From: Eutreptiella sp. 'Long Island Sound 2002'
Taxonomy: Eukaryota; Protista; Euglenida
Length of the DNA stretch: 64,000 nt
Assembly: GCA_964036045.1 (NCBI GenBank)
Contig: OZ038378.1
Coordinates: 146,010,001-146,074,000 of the forward strand
Reading direction: 5' to 3'
The number at the start of each line of letters is the position of its first letter. Positions within the stretch are counted from its first letter, which is position 1. The notes beneath the pieces were generated by a model, which saw nothing but the letters and a program-made list of their open reading frames with translations, did no database searches and had not been told where the DNA came from. The position numbers and the translations under genes are program-made. Positions 11,905-23,545 of this stretch are shown piece by piece.

Positions 11905-12224
11905 TAAGCTACGAAAAATTCGGAATAAATACGGTCCCTACGCCTACTGTAGCTTGGACAAGGCTGTAGCTTGCGTGCGACACATACAACTACCAGCACA
12001 CATGCCACCACCAAGAAAGGGGAAGATAATGCAGAAATATACCCAAAATTAGAGCTATGTGGGTTCAAGTGGGCAAACACCCACAACAAATGTGTCCATG
12101 ACCCCATGTAACTGGCAAATTTGTCACCAACCCCATGGCTGCACTACATTTGTACCGAATCAAATTAGGCACCAAATTAATACAGCCCATACAGCCGCTG
12201 TAGCTTGGACAAGGGCGTAGCTAT
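11905..12224. mobile_element. Degenerate copy of the TA-flanked MITE family
   Basis: TAAGCTACG left end, CGTAGCTA right end; shares TACGGTCCCTACGCCTACTGTAGCTTGGAC and CAAAAT.AGAGCTATGTGGGTTCAAGTGGGCAAACAC.CACAACAAATG with copy 1. Confidence 0.75.
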
Positions 12225-12944
12225 TACAAATTGGGGGGGGGGGGTTGGCACAAGGCCTCGGTATCTGATTGTTTGCCTTTGGCGGCGCCTATTGGCCTCT
12301 CGCCACTGCTCATTCTGACCCTCGGTGGGCCTGAACGTGTTTTGGTTGTGTCAATGGAGCCCCCGGATGACTTGTCCTGTTTGACTACTCCGGGGGTGGG
12401 CTGTCCCGGAGACGGGCTGTTGGCCGTGCGTTGACCAGGTGACAATGGGGGGGGGGGGGTACGCCACCCCCATACCATCTGTACTTGAAGGGACATGGGA
12501 GGGAGAAATTTGGAGAACTTTTGGGCCCGGCATGGCATCTATTCTTGGGACCCCCGGGGGATATCCTCTTGGCATTGTCCTCACTGGACAACGCGCTGTC
12601 CTTTGCTGTGGATGACACAGCGATGGCGGAGGTCCTACCAGAGCCCGATCCGTGTTAGATCCGCCTTCCACAACAGCAACAGCTGGGGATTGTCCAACTC
12701 CGAGACCCAACGACATGTGCCTTGGCGCAGTTGGCGGGCTTTGCGACATTTGGGGTGGCTTTGTGGTGGGTGCCCCTGGGTCGGCAGAGGGGATGGCCCT
12801 ATTGCCTCGGAGTGAGGGATGCGCTGAGTGGTATCTCAACGTCAACAGCGGAGGATATGCTTCTCCAACGGTCACTGCATCATGTCCGGCGGGCCTCCCC
12901 TGCGCTGGCACACCCTCTGGGGTCTCATGCCCCCCAAAACAAGC

Positions 12945-13870
12945 CCCCCCCCCCCCCGTGTGACATTCCGTCGGGTTGTTGTTTCTTTACGGGGCCCTGG
13001 ACGGTCACCCGGTCGCTGCGTTTTGTCGGCTGCTGCGGCCGGCGCTCCTGCTGGTGTCGTGTTGGGGGTTGTGCTGGTTGTTGTGGGGGTCGTTTTGAGG
13101 GTTTTTGCTGCCCCCACACCTCCGTCCTCAGGCCGTCCACCATCTGCCCCGGTGCGTTTCCGTGTGCGTGAGCCCCACGTGAAGCCCCCCCCGCCGCCGC
13201 CGGGGGCTTCACATGTGGGACTTGTCCTCTTCCACGGAAAGGCAGTGGCAGAGCACAACTGTGGGGCCGGGGGGAGGGGGGGGGTCGCAACGGCAGACGA
13301 AGAAGCCCCCGAAAACCCCCCAAAACGGCCGACAAAGCGTCCCAGTGGTCCCCCCAAACCCCAAGGCTGAGTGCGCGGACAAGGGGCGGGCCATCACAAG
13401 ACCCCCCCCCCCCCCCCGTGCGCTATTCCGTCGTGTTGCTGTTTCTTTATGGGGCCCTGGGGGTCACCCGGTCTTCCCTTCGCATGTTGCGTCGGGTCGC
13501 TGCGTTCTGTCGGCCGCTGCGGCCGGTGCTCTTGCTGGTGTCGTTTCCGCGTTCGCGGAGCCCAGCGGTTGGTGTGCTGGGGCTGTGCTGGATGCGGCGG
13601 GATGTGCCGTTTGCGCGTCAGCGGCGCTCAATAGTTGGCGTATTGGGGGTTGTGCTGGTTGTTGCCGGGGTCGTTTGACTGTTTTTGCCGTCCACGCGCC
13701 TCTGTCCACAGGCCGTCTGTAGCCTGCCTCGCTGTGTTTCCGTGTGCATGAGGCCCAGGTGCCCTGCTCCTCCACGCATTGTCCTGGCCGTCCAGCCCCC
13801 CCCCCCCCCCAACACAACGCCCTGTCTTTCCCGTCGGCAAACGCCCAATACGACACGGGGTCGGGCCCTT
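12945..13870. repeat. Two diverged tandem copies of a ~430-bp unit
   Basis: GGGTCGCTGCGTT.TGTCGGC.GCTGCGGCCGG and GGGGTTGTGCTGGTTGTTG occur at ~13010-13090 and ~13495-13670. Confidence 0.7.
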
Positions 13871-15946
13871 GGCCCCGACATCGGCCCCCCCACGTCATCG
13901 GCCGCATGTCCGCCGCGCCCCCCCCCCCCCTCCCCCTGTGCCTCCATTGCCCTAACGCTGCCCGGCATAAACCCGCGGAGGCGACCCCTGTGGCCGCCGC
14001 AGCAGTCGGCACCGCGCAGCCCCGGGGGAGAGTGGCTGTGAAGCGACGGATACGCAGCTACCGAGGGCCCCCATGACACGGGCTGTCCGATGGTGGTGGC
14101 ACGCGGAGTGCGAGCGAATCGTTTTGTCTTGCGATCAAACAGCGTGTCCGAAGTCCAACGGTACCTAAGCACTAAACACGTGGCGAATCTTTTCTTTTTA
14201 TTACATGGGCCAAGTTCAAATGTGCCAAGCGCCGTGTGGGCGGTGTTGAGGGCGAGTACAGATGCGAAGTACACATTCCGGCGGCGGCGCACCCACTATC
14301 AATACATTGACGCCGCCCGCCCACGCAGCGGGACGGTGGGTCAGCGAAGATACATGTGGCGAACCTGCGCCAAAGGCGTGCACTGACCAGAACAGGGGCG
14401 CGGGCGAATCGCCGCGGGCGGTAAAGCGGGCCACGGGTTTCTGACCAGGCGTTGAGGGAGGGGGGGGACGGGCCGCCCCACGACTCAGCGACATCCGATG
14501 GTCCAATGGGACCGACCCCCGGCGCCATTCAGCCCTCGTTTGGAGTGTGGACTGTGCGCTCTGTGACCGTAGGAGTGGGGGGGGGGTGCGGGGGGGGGGG
14601 GGGGGGGCGCGGCGCCGCCCGGGGCCATCGCGGGGGGGGCGATGGTTGGCCAAAGAACACAACATGGCCCCCCCCGCGCGGGGCCGTGCGGCCCGGCCAT
14701 CGGGCCTTGGGGAGCGACCCGTCAGATCCGTCGGTCAGACGTGGGGGGGGGGGGGGGGCGTGTCCCGGACCGCCCTCACGGGCCCGGGCCCTGCGCAAAG
14801 ACGGGGGCGCGGACCAGCGGATACCACTTGGGGGGGGGGGCACCCTCTGACGCTGCGCGGCGCGCGCACCGCGCGCCCCCCGTCCGGACGGGCGGCGGGT
14901 CGGCGGATGGGACTCGGGGCTGCGGCCCTGGGCCCCCCTTTTTGTGAAGGGGGGGGGAGGCGGGCCGGCGGGCCCCGTGTGTACATCGCCGGGGGAACAC
15001 CCCCGCGTGACCCATCATCTCAAGTATCCGTTTTCCTACATTTCTAAGCCGAATCCACCAAAACTCACTCACGGCGGAAAGTGACACTTGATTGCGCGTC
15101 GCGCCGCGCGGGCGCATTGAACACACGGGTACCCGCCAATTGGCCAGCCAAGTGCCGTTTTGGCACCCTTTCGGAATTGTGCGGCGGCCGGAACACGGGC
15201 CTTGGCACGCCCCCGAACGCCCGCTCCCAGTCAACGCGCAACGCACTGCCCAGCGCAACGCTCCTACGGACGGCGGCCGCGCGCGGACGTCCGTACGGAC
15301 CTCAGCACTTGCGCGGCCTCCGCGGGCAATGGGGTACCATTGCCCGAAGGCTGTGGCACGGGACACGCGGGCAAAGGCGCAGCAAAGCCCCGGGCAAACC
15401 CTTGAAACCACCGCACGACTCGCGCACACACACTTCGCGCATAACGCGCTCCACACAAATCCAGTACACCCCCCCCCCCCTCTCGGTCTGTGAGGCCCGG
15501 TACACGGGCCCCAGGGGGCGAGGACACGCCCTCACTCCCGCGCACGCCCGCCCTCCGTCACTGCGCCCACGTCCGCGCGCACACCGGCACAAGAGTCCCC
15601 CAAGTGGCCCCGTGGCGGTGGTGGGGGGGGCCTCGGTCTATGGGCTGGGGGGCGGGTGTAGCGGATGGGGCCCGTGAGGCCTGCGGTCCGAGGCCACACC
15701 ATTTGCGACCGGAGGGGCCGGGCCTGCCCCGCCGGCGGAGGGCGACGGGGGGGGCGGCACAGGCCCTGGCTCGGGTGCTCGAAGAGGTGCGGCCCCGGCG
15801 GGACCGGCCGCGCGCGCGGGCGCCGCGCGGCGCACCGGGTGGCCCCCGGTCCAAATAACAGCGCAGGCACGAGCCCGCGCTCTAACTGAGACTCTTGAAT
15901 GGCAAATGCATGTGTGTGTGGGGGGGGGGGGGGGTATGACGTCAGG

Positions 15947-16230
15947 GGTTGGGGAGCCCCCGCATGAAGTGCACTTTGGGGGGGTTGGAGAGCCCCCGCA
16001 TGAAGTGCACTTTGGGGGGGTTGGGAAACCCCCGCATGAAATGCACTTTGGGGGGGTTGGAGAGCCCCCGCATGAAGTGCACTTTGGGGGGGTTGGGAAA
16101 CCCCCGCATGAAATGCACTTTGGGGGGGTTGGAGAGCCCCCGCATGAAGTGCACTTTGGGGGGGTTGGAGAGCCCCCGCATGAAGTGCACTTTGGGGGGG
16201 TTGGGAAACCCCCGCATGAAATGCACTGGG
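15947..16230. repeat. 36-bp minisatellite, 8 units of two variants
   Basis: Units GGGGTTGGAGAGCCCCCGCATGAAGTGCACTTTGGG (A) and GGGGTTGGGAAACCCCCGCATGAAATGCACTTTGGG (B). Confidence 0.95.
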
Positions 16231-16654
16231 CCATGATGTCGGGTTTTCAAAGGGCATGATCCTGACCTCATTCCAGACTCACTCAGATCTGCTCAATTCT
16301 GTGCGCGCCCGCCCGGACAGTCATGTACACGGCATGTGCCGGGGGCGGTGGAGTGCACAGCCCCGGCCCTGAGATGGCGGGGGCGGGGCTTTGGGATGCG
16401 GATGTTGAATGCGGACCGTTACCCCCGCGGGGCACGGTCTGCGGGCGGCAGCGGTCCGAACAAAGAGGCGCCTCAGGGACAATGCCACCGGCGCCTTCCG
16501 CGGTGACGAGGGAAGGACCCCCGGATAACTACACGGCGCCGTGAGGGCCCGGTCCTGCCACGAAGCCTGAGACCTACGGACCGCCGAAGTCCACCTCCCG
16601 GGCCCCGGTCAAACATCGTTGCCCCCGGCCCGGCAGAGGGGGGCCCCGGGCCCC

Positions 16655-17398
16655 TTAGAGGACGTGGTTCTGGGTGCGGGACACGTACGTCGTCCGGCCG
16701 TTGGTCCGCAGCCCCGTGCCTGCCCCGAAGTTGGACCGCAGCACGAGCTTCCCGTCGCCGCTCGCTCGGTTCGCGTGCGTCCCGGTCCCCACGCTCCCCG
16801 TGTCGCGGCCGGCGAGGCCCCGGCCCGTGCCGTCCGACGCGAACCGGTGCGCGTGCGTCCCCGTGTACTTCGTGTGGTCCGTCAGCCGCTCGAAGATCGA
16901 CGGCCCCGACCCCCGGCGGTCGCCCGCGCGCCCGCCGCTCGGGCGCCGCTCCGCGGAGGGCCCGCCAGGCGGGGCCCCGGACTTCAGCGTCGCGGTGGTG
17001 GGCACCGTGGCGTCCCCCCACATCTGCCCCGGGCCGGGCTGGGAGCGCGCGTCGCCCTCCAGACGGTAGAGGTGCGCGTACGCGTCCTTCGGGGGCTGGC
17101 TGGGCTTGCGCGAGACCTGCGGGGGCGCCGGGGGCTCGGTCTTGTTGGGGGTGGGCAGCGTCGTGGGCGACTCGAGGGGCCGGCGCCCGCTGGTGGGCTC
17201 GGCCTCGGACGCGTCCCCCCGGGCGGCCTCCTGCGAGGCCCGGCGGGGGGCCTCGACGGGGGGCAGGGGGTCCGGTCGGGCGCGGGCGCAGTGGTGCGCC
17301 AGGTACTCCCGCACGCCCGCGAGGATGGCCTCCTCGTGGTCCGGCGAGAGCTCATACGGGGCGACCGTGTCGGCGAAGGCCTCCACAAGAGCAGACAT
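16655..17398 (-). CDS. 247-aa Pro-rich protein with partial p25alpha (TPPP/apicortin-type) motif; likely microtubule-binding
   Basis: SIFERLTDHTKYTGTHAHRFASDGTGRGLAGRD matches the p25alpha C-terminal signature including GxGxGxxGR. Acceptor CTCCGCAG (17417-17416) lies 17 nt before the ATG. Strong GC3 bias. Confidence 0.8.
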   Translation of the reverse strand: MSALVEAFADTVAPYELSPDHEEAILAGVREYLAHHCARARPDPLPPVEAPRRASQEAARGDASEAEPTSGRRPLESPTTLPTPNKTEPPAPPQVSRKPSQPPKDAYAHLYRLEGDARSQPGPGQMWGDATVPTTATLKSGAPPGGPSAERRPSGGRAGDRRGSGPSIFERLTDHTKYTGTHAHRFASDGTGRGLAGRDTGSVGTGTHANRASGDGKLVLRSNFGAGTGLRTNGRTTYVSRTQNHVL

Positions 17399-19009
17399 GC
17401 CGCACGGGACGAGGGCTGCGGAGACCAACGGCCATGAGCAAGGGCAAGCCCCCCCCCCCCCTTCCCCCGAAATCCCCCCACCTAAGGCGGTCCTTAACCC
17501 AAAAAAAACAAAAAAAAACTGTTCCGTTCCACAGTTTTCCGAAAAAAGCCCGCGGCACACCACGTGTTGGCGGTGGGCGGTTTGCGACTGGCGGTTGGTG
17601 GCGGTTGGTGGCGGTTGGCGGTTGGCGGTTGATGGTCCCTTGGGGCGGTCCCTAAGGGCGCTCCTTAACAAAAAAAAAAAGCAAGCCCCTTGAAGACCTT
17701 AACGACTGCAACGCCCGGCACATGCACGTCGACGGGCGGCACAGATCACACACGGCGCACGCAGACATGGAGCAGCGCCGGGCACTCCGCAGCCCACGCG
17801 CATCGGCCCATCGGTGGGCGTGCCCTCCCGTCGCGGGGCAACAGCACCCTGGGGCCCTGGTGCCGCGGGCTTTGGGCCCCAACCACAACGTTGGATGCCT
17901 GGCGTGCATTTTGGATGGCACTCAGACACGGTGTTTGGTTTGTATAATCTGATAAATCAAGACTGCCAGTTCCTGGTTTTGGTCCATGGCTCACCAACAA
18001 CGCCCTTGAAAATTCAGTGATTCATGCCGGTGAGGATGGACTTTACATGGCACTCAGCCCTGCTGCTCGGTTTGCATGGCCATACAAATCAACACTTTGG
18101 GGTTCTTGGTGTTGGTCCATCCTGCACCATGCACCTGGTCATTGTTGATGAAATGTTGTGGCACATGTTCTGCCTATGAACAGAGGTTGGGCCTTGACCC
18201 GGTTCAAGAACCGCTTGTGACAGGCAATCGGATGTTCATAAAGGACAGATGAACCTGTCCCGTTTTTCTGCTTGCAAATCCAGCGCTGTAGCAGTCTTTG
18301 GTTTGTATACACGAGCAAATGAATGCATCCCATTTCTTTGTTCTGGTCCATGGCCCATGGCAACCCCTTGCAACCCCGGCTCTTGCTTATTTGCATATGC
18401 AGAAAAATAAACCGTTCAAGAGTCTTGCATTTGATCATGACCACCCGCTAGACCCCTTTTCAGTGTGTGCCACCATGCAAATGCAACGTTGGACGCTTTT
18501 TAGCATGGAGCTTACATGACACTTAGGCGTGGTGTTTCTGTGGAAAGGGAAATCAACAACCAGATTCTTGGCTATGGTGCATGGTCCACTGCTAGGCTCA
18601 ATGCTAGCCTCCGCTGTGGTGGGCAACCCCTTAAACCCAGGGGTGGACGGGCTTTCCATTGAGAGGGTGGGGGGGGGGGTCAATAGAGCCCCCTGGCTAG
18701 ATCCCCCCCCCCAAAAAGGGGCTCAATTGACGGGACCCCCAAAATCCTAACGAGACTGACCCACGGGCCGCGGAGGTGACCCAGACCCGATCAGCCTGGG
18801 ATGCCTCTGCGTAGATTAACTTCAGCAAAAAGGCTACCATTCTGTTCGCATGCAAAATAATATTGCCCATCAGCAAGGCACCTCAAAGAGGGAGGGAGCA
18901 CAGTCAGTCCATCGGTCCGTTTGTCACGAAATCACTTGGAAGCCCCCCACCCTTGTGGAAACACCCAAAATGGGTGAAAAACACGTAAAGAGGGGCTAAA
19001 AAATACTTT

Positions 19010-19630
19010 CATAAACAGGATAATGGATCATTGTGAATGGTCAAAAAATAAAAAAATCGGTTTTGGAACTTTCCCTTTTTGAGCTGCCATGGGTGGAAAA
19101 CTGCATCAGCAGGTTGTGCCCCAGCACCTTCAAAGCCCCCAGCCCCTCCCTCCAAAGACCCAGGGTGAAAAACACATGAAGAGGGTCTAAAACATGCTTT
19201 ACATAGGATATTTGATCATCGTGAATGATCAAAATATCAAGTATCCGTTCAAGAAACTTCCATTTTTGAGCTGCTGAAGGTGGAAAGCCGCACAGGCAGG
19301 TTGTGCCACAGCCCCTTGCCCCCGTTCCAACACCCAAATGGGGGGGGAAACACATACACAAGGTCTAAAACATACTTTGCAACACATATAGGGGGGCTAC
19401 AACATGCTTACACAAATAGGATATTTGATCATTGTGAATGGTCGGAATATCAAAAAAAAATCCGTTTAGGAAAATTCCATTATTGAGCTGCCGAGGTTGG
19501 AAAACCACACAAGCAGTTTGTGCCCCCCCCCCCCCCCGCCCCGCCTCCAAACACCCAAATAGGGTGAAAAACACATAAAAAAGGTTTACATATGTTATTT
19601 GATTATTGTGAATGGTCAGAATACCGGAAC
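19010..19630. repeat. Degenerate tandem repeat, ~190-bp period, 4 units
   Basis: GAT(C/T)AT(T/C)GTGAATG(G/A)TC recurs near 19026, 19214, 19427 and 19601. Confidence 0.75.
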
Positions 19631-20109
19631 AGAACATCAAAAAATTGGCCTTTTTCGGCCGTAGAGGGTGGGAAATTGCTTATGCAGTTTAACTGCCGAC
19701 AAACAACAATATTGGGGGCTTCAGGGGGCTCCTGGTCCTGGCTACGCAGGCCTACTAGCCACTACACGGGTCCCCATGGGTGCCAGAGCACCCTATTCGA
19801 GAACTCTATTTGAGTACGCTATTGGAGTACCCTTTTTGAGTACCCTATTTGAGTACCCCATTTGCGTTCCCCATTGTAGTACCCTAAGGGGGCGTTTTCG
19901 CACAGCGCGCGCACAGCGCCAGTTATTACGGTGTTTACCCCGGTAACAGCCTTGAAAACCTGCCACCTCTAGAAGCATGCATGAGCAATTCAAAAGTCCG
20001 AAATTCAAACGTGTCGTGTTCTCAGAATTATCCAATGTCCAAAACAATGCAATGTAGACAATAAAATTGTCTTGCGGGTGTTCAAGAACACCTGAAAATA
20101 TATTAGGGG

Positions 20110-20600
20110 CTACTCGGGAACATCAATATCGCAAGTATGCTCATCCATGCAACCTCTACACAAGTAAAGGTCACACGTGGAGCATTCCGATGTGTCCCTT
20201 TTGCCACAAACTTGGCAAAGGAAAGTATCCTCCTCTTCCTCATCAACCTCAGGGGCCTCTTCCTCTGTCCAAATGGAAGAAGGAATGTGCTCCCATGGGC
20301 CATAAGGTTGATACCTTTTCTGCCTTCGCAACATGAACTGTGAAAAGTGCAAAAGTATGCGTGTGTTGGCATGCAAGTCTTGATGGGACCCCAGCCACAT
20401 GTCACGCACTACTCTCCAAGACCAAAGGTGGGCAAACAAGTGTTCCACCCGTGCCCTATAATACCCATGCACATCATTGTATGTTTTCTGGTGCATGGTC
20501 AAAGTCTTTCGACCATGACCTCAGGGTGCCCGTTTGCAAGGGTACATACATGCAAGAAGGGGGAGGGTTGATGCTACAAGGACACACAACGGCAATAGTA
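20110..20600 (-). pseudogene. PIF/Harbinger-like transposase 3' half (second family member) with intact Cys-rich tail
   Basis: YPCKRAP*GHGRKTLTMHQKTYNDVHGYYRARVEHLFAHLW...YQPYGPWEHIP...EEEEDTFLCQVCGKRDTSECSTCDLYLCRGCMDEHTC; colinear with the 2.4-kb copy. Confidence 0.8.
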
Positions 20601-20699
20601 CCCTGCGGCAATCCTACACCCAAAAAACTGCCTACCGGTGGTGGAGAATGGCCTACTTTTTGCACAGCGCGCGCACAGCGCACGGTACGCCCCCTAATT

Positions 20700-21005
20700 C
20701 AGCACCATATTCGAGCGCCCAATTTGAGGACCCTATTTTACTACACTATATGATCACTCTGTTTGAGTGCCCTATTTCCGTGCCCGATTTGAGTACCCTT
20801 TTTGAGTGGCCAATTTCAGTACCCTATTTGAGTAGCGCATTTGAATACACAATTTGAGTATCCTATTTGTGTAAGCTGTTTCAGTACCCTATTCGAGTAC
20901 CCTATATGAGTACACAAATTGATTACCCTGTGTTAGTACCCTAGTTGAGTACCTCATTGGAGTACCCTATTCGAATACCCTATTTGCGTACCCTATTTGA
21001 ATACA
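20700..21005. repeat. Degenerate GAGTACCCTATTT-type short tandem repeat; same repeat at 19790-19885
   Basis: Many imperfect GAGTACCCTATTT units on both sides of the 20-kb transposase fragment. Confidence 0.8.
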
Positions 21006-23229
21006 TTTTGGCCAGCACTTTGCAAAATAAACCCGTTGAGAGATGGCCATGACTCCCATGTGTCTTGGACACACTATGCCATCGGAATCGGGATGACAAA
21101 AAAGCCCAGCCCAGCACGGCCACCATGAGTGACCCTTCCAGAGTCAGAGCTGCACCACTGCAATCAGGGGCACCAGCAGGGCGGGGGGTTCCTCTGCTTT
21201 AAAGCCCCGCCTCAGGCTGCGACAACCCCCCCCTCGGTTCGCACGGGGTTGGGGGCTGGATTGGTGGCTGGGTTGGGGGCTGGGTTGGTGGCTGGGTTGG
21301 TGGCTGGGTTTGTCCTGGCAGCAGTGACTGCCACACAGCCACATTCTCGACCCTTACTGCCCCGAGCTTTGCCTTCCTAGAACGCTTGGCCCGTTTCCAC
21401 TCTCGCTGGCATTGTATGACCAGCGGGTGGCTCTTGGACACTGATTTCAAGCCAAAGGTTGCCGTGGACCCGGGGGTTGGTTCTTGTGCACAGCCATCGG
21501 CAGCCCCATACTGCTGGGGGAAAAAATTCCCGGCGCGTTGCACTGAGGGATGCACGCCCTTTCCTTCCTCACAGTGAAAAGGATGGACAACGAACACCCA
21601 AGGAACGGATTGCAGCACACTGGGCTGCAGTGCATATGTATACGAGAAGGGCATGACCCAATGATCCACTGGCTCTGACGTGAAGCCATCGGTGATGAAA
21701 AGGACTAGTGTCAGGGAACAGTGCCGTGGAGCCAAGGGGTGCCTCTTCCGTGCGGCGGTTCTTGGTCCCTTGGCGAACACGGCCACGGCGGTGACCACTT
21801 GCGTTGAGGCCAATCCCCCACGCAGGCCCATTTTGCCAAGGCATCCACAGCAAAATGGGTGACTCTCCTGCCTCCCATGACCCTCCCGCTGACAGCACCT
21901 TTGTTCTGTCGGACAGCGACGTGCCACAGATCAGTGGAATTCACAGATCAGTGGACGCCATCGCCCTGTGATGCCATTGGTCCTGGATCACCCCGTCCCT
22001 CAACGGGAGGCACGGTCCACCACAGCGCAACCCCGAAAGCAGCGGTGGCAGTATCGACCAGGAAACAACAGCAATGGGCACCAGGCCTTTGCTCAGTGAA
22101 GGGGGGATCAAATTGCCCCCCCCCACCCCTCCACCGGGATTTTGGCTGACCCCCCCCCCACCCACATCAGAAAATGTTTCCTCGGGAAAAAGAAAAAGAA
22201 CTTCTATGGCTTTCGGCAAAGCACCTCCAAGAGAGACTAGAGTCAGTCACTTAGCCTGAGGGTCAGCCAATCAGGCAGTCAGGCAGGCAGGCAGTCAGTC
22301 AGGCGGGCAGGCAGGCAAGCAGTCAGGCGGGCAGGCAGGCAGGCAGTCAGGCGGGCAGGCAGGCAGAAACACACAGTTTGGCTTTTTGTGGTGGCAGCCC
22401 ACAGCCACAAGTGAAGGGGAACAGCCTTGCACCGCGAACCATCAGTGGTCGTGTGGTAGAACATTTGCCCAAGGACTCGCCGGGCGTCGATTTGAATCCC
22501 CTCCGCCGGATGCCGGCGCAGGTTGTGCAGCCAATCAGCTACGCTACCCGACGCTGGTTCCAATCCTTCAAAGCACAAATGTTTGCCCCCCCCCCCCCCC
22601 CAAAAAAAGTGGTATCCAGTTCCCGGGGGATGGAGGGCTCAGAATCAAAAAATCGAGTGGGGGATCGTTTTGTCGGGCAAAACAATGATTTTACAAGGGG
22701 GTACACATCCAATATCATGCCTTGGGGTATGCCACCCAAAGGGGGGGGGATGTATGGCGTCCGCACCTGCGCTTGATCTAAGAACATGTCTTGATGTCTG
22801 TAATGTATCAAAGGGGCCCGAAATTGGAGGTCAAGTTTAGGTACACGACCTTGTTCTTGACCTCTGACCCCCCCCTCCCTTTGTTTAGTATCACCCAGCC
22901 ACTACGCAAAGGCCTGATGACCCCACGTCAGTCGTGCACAGCCGGCGGACGCGGAGCCAGCGCTAGTGGTCGGCCTCGCGCCGGAGCTGGCGGCACAAAC
23001 AGCCCGTCTCTCAAGCAGACCGAGATCCGTCAGGGCTCCCGAAAAGTTTATTTGGGGGGGTGGGGGCCCCTTAGAGCCCCTTTTCCACCCCCCGCCCCCT
23101 CTGGAGGAGGGCTCCAAGGGCTGGCTCTCTTTTGTCCATGTTTTTCATGCATATTCCATGACAAAACTGCGGGCCCTGTCACAGTCTGTCCCTGTCACTG
23201 TCACTGTGTCACTCCAAAGGGGGGGGGGG

Positions 23230-23545
23230 GGGCTCCTCCTACGGTTGTCAGCCGTTCTAATGCATCCCTGCCCCCTCCCCAGGGAAGTATTAGAAGGGGG
23301 GGAGGAAGGGGGGGAGGGGGTGCAAGGGGAGGGAGGGAGGGGAGGTTCAGGGGAGGTACCCCCCCTCCTCCTACGGTTGTCAGCCGTTCTAATGCATCCC
23401 TGCCCCCTCCCCAGGGAAGTATTAGAAGGGGGGGAGGAAGGGGGGGAGGGGGTGCAAGGGGAGGGAGGGAGGGGGGGTTCAGGGGAGGTACCCCCCCTCC
23501 TCCTACGGTTGTCAGCCGTTCTAATACATCCCTGCCCCCTACCCC
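23230..23545. repeat. Tandem ~130-bp repeat, three copies (third partial)
   Basis: CTCCTCCTACGGTTGTCAGCCGTTCTAAT(G/A)CATCCCTGCCCC at ~23233, 23365 and 23497; GGGAAGTATTAGAAGGGGGGG also at ~5248. Confidence 0.85.

Noticed and set aside
21199-21927. LVLFITDG as a von Willebrand A motif
   Set aside because: No DxSxS motif and no coding bias; isolated match in degenerate DNA.
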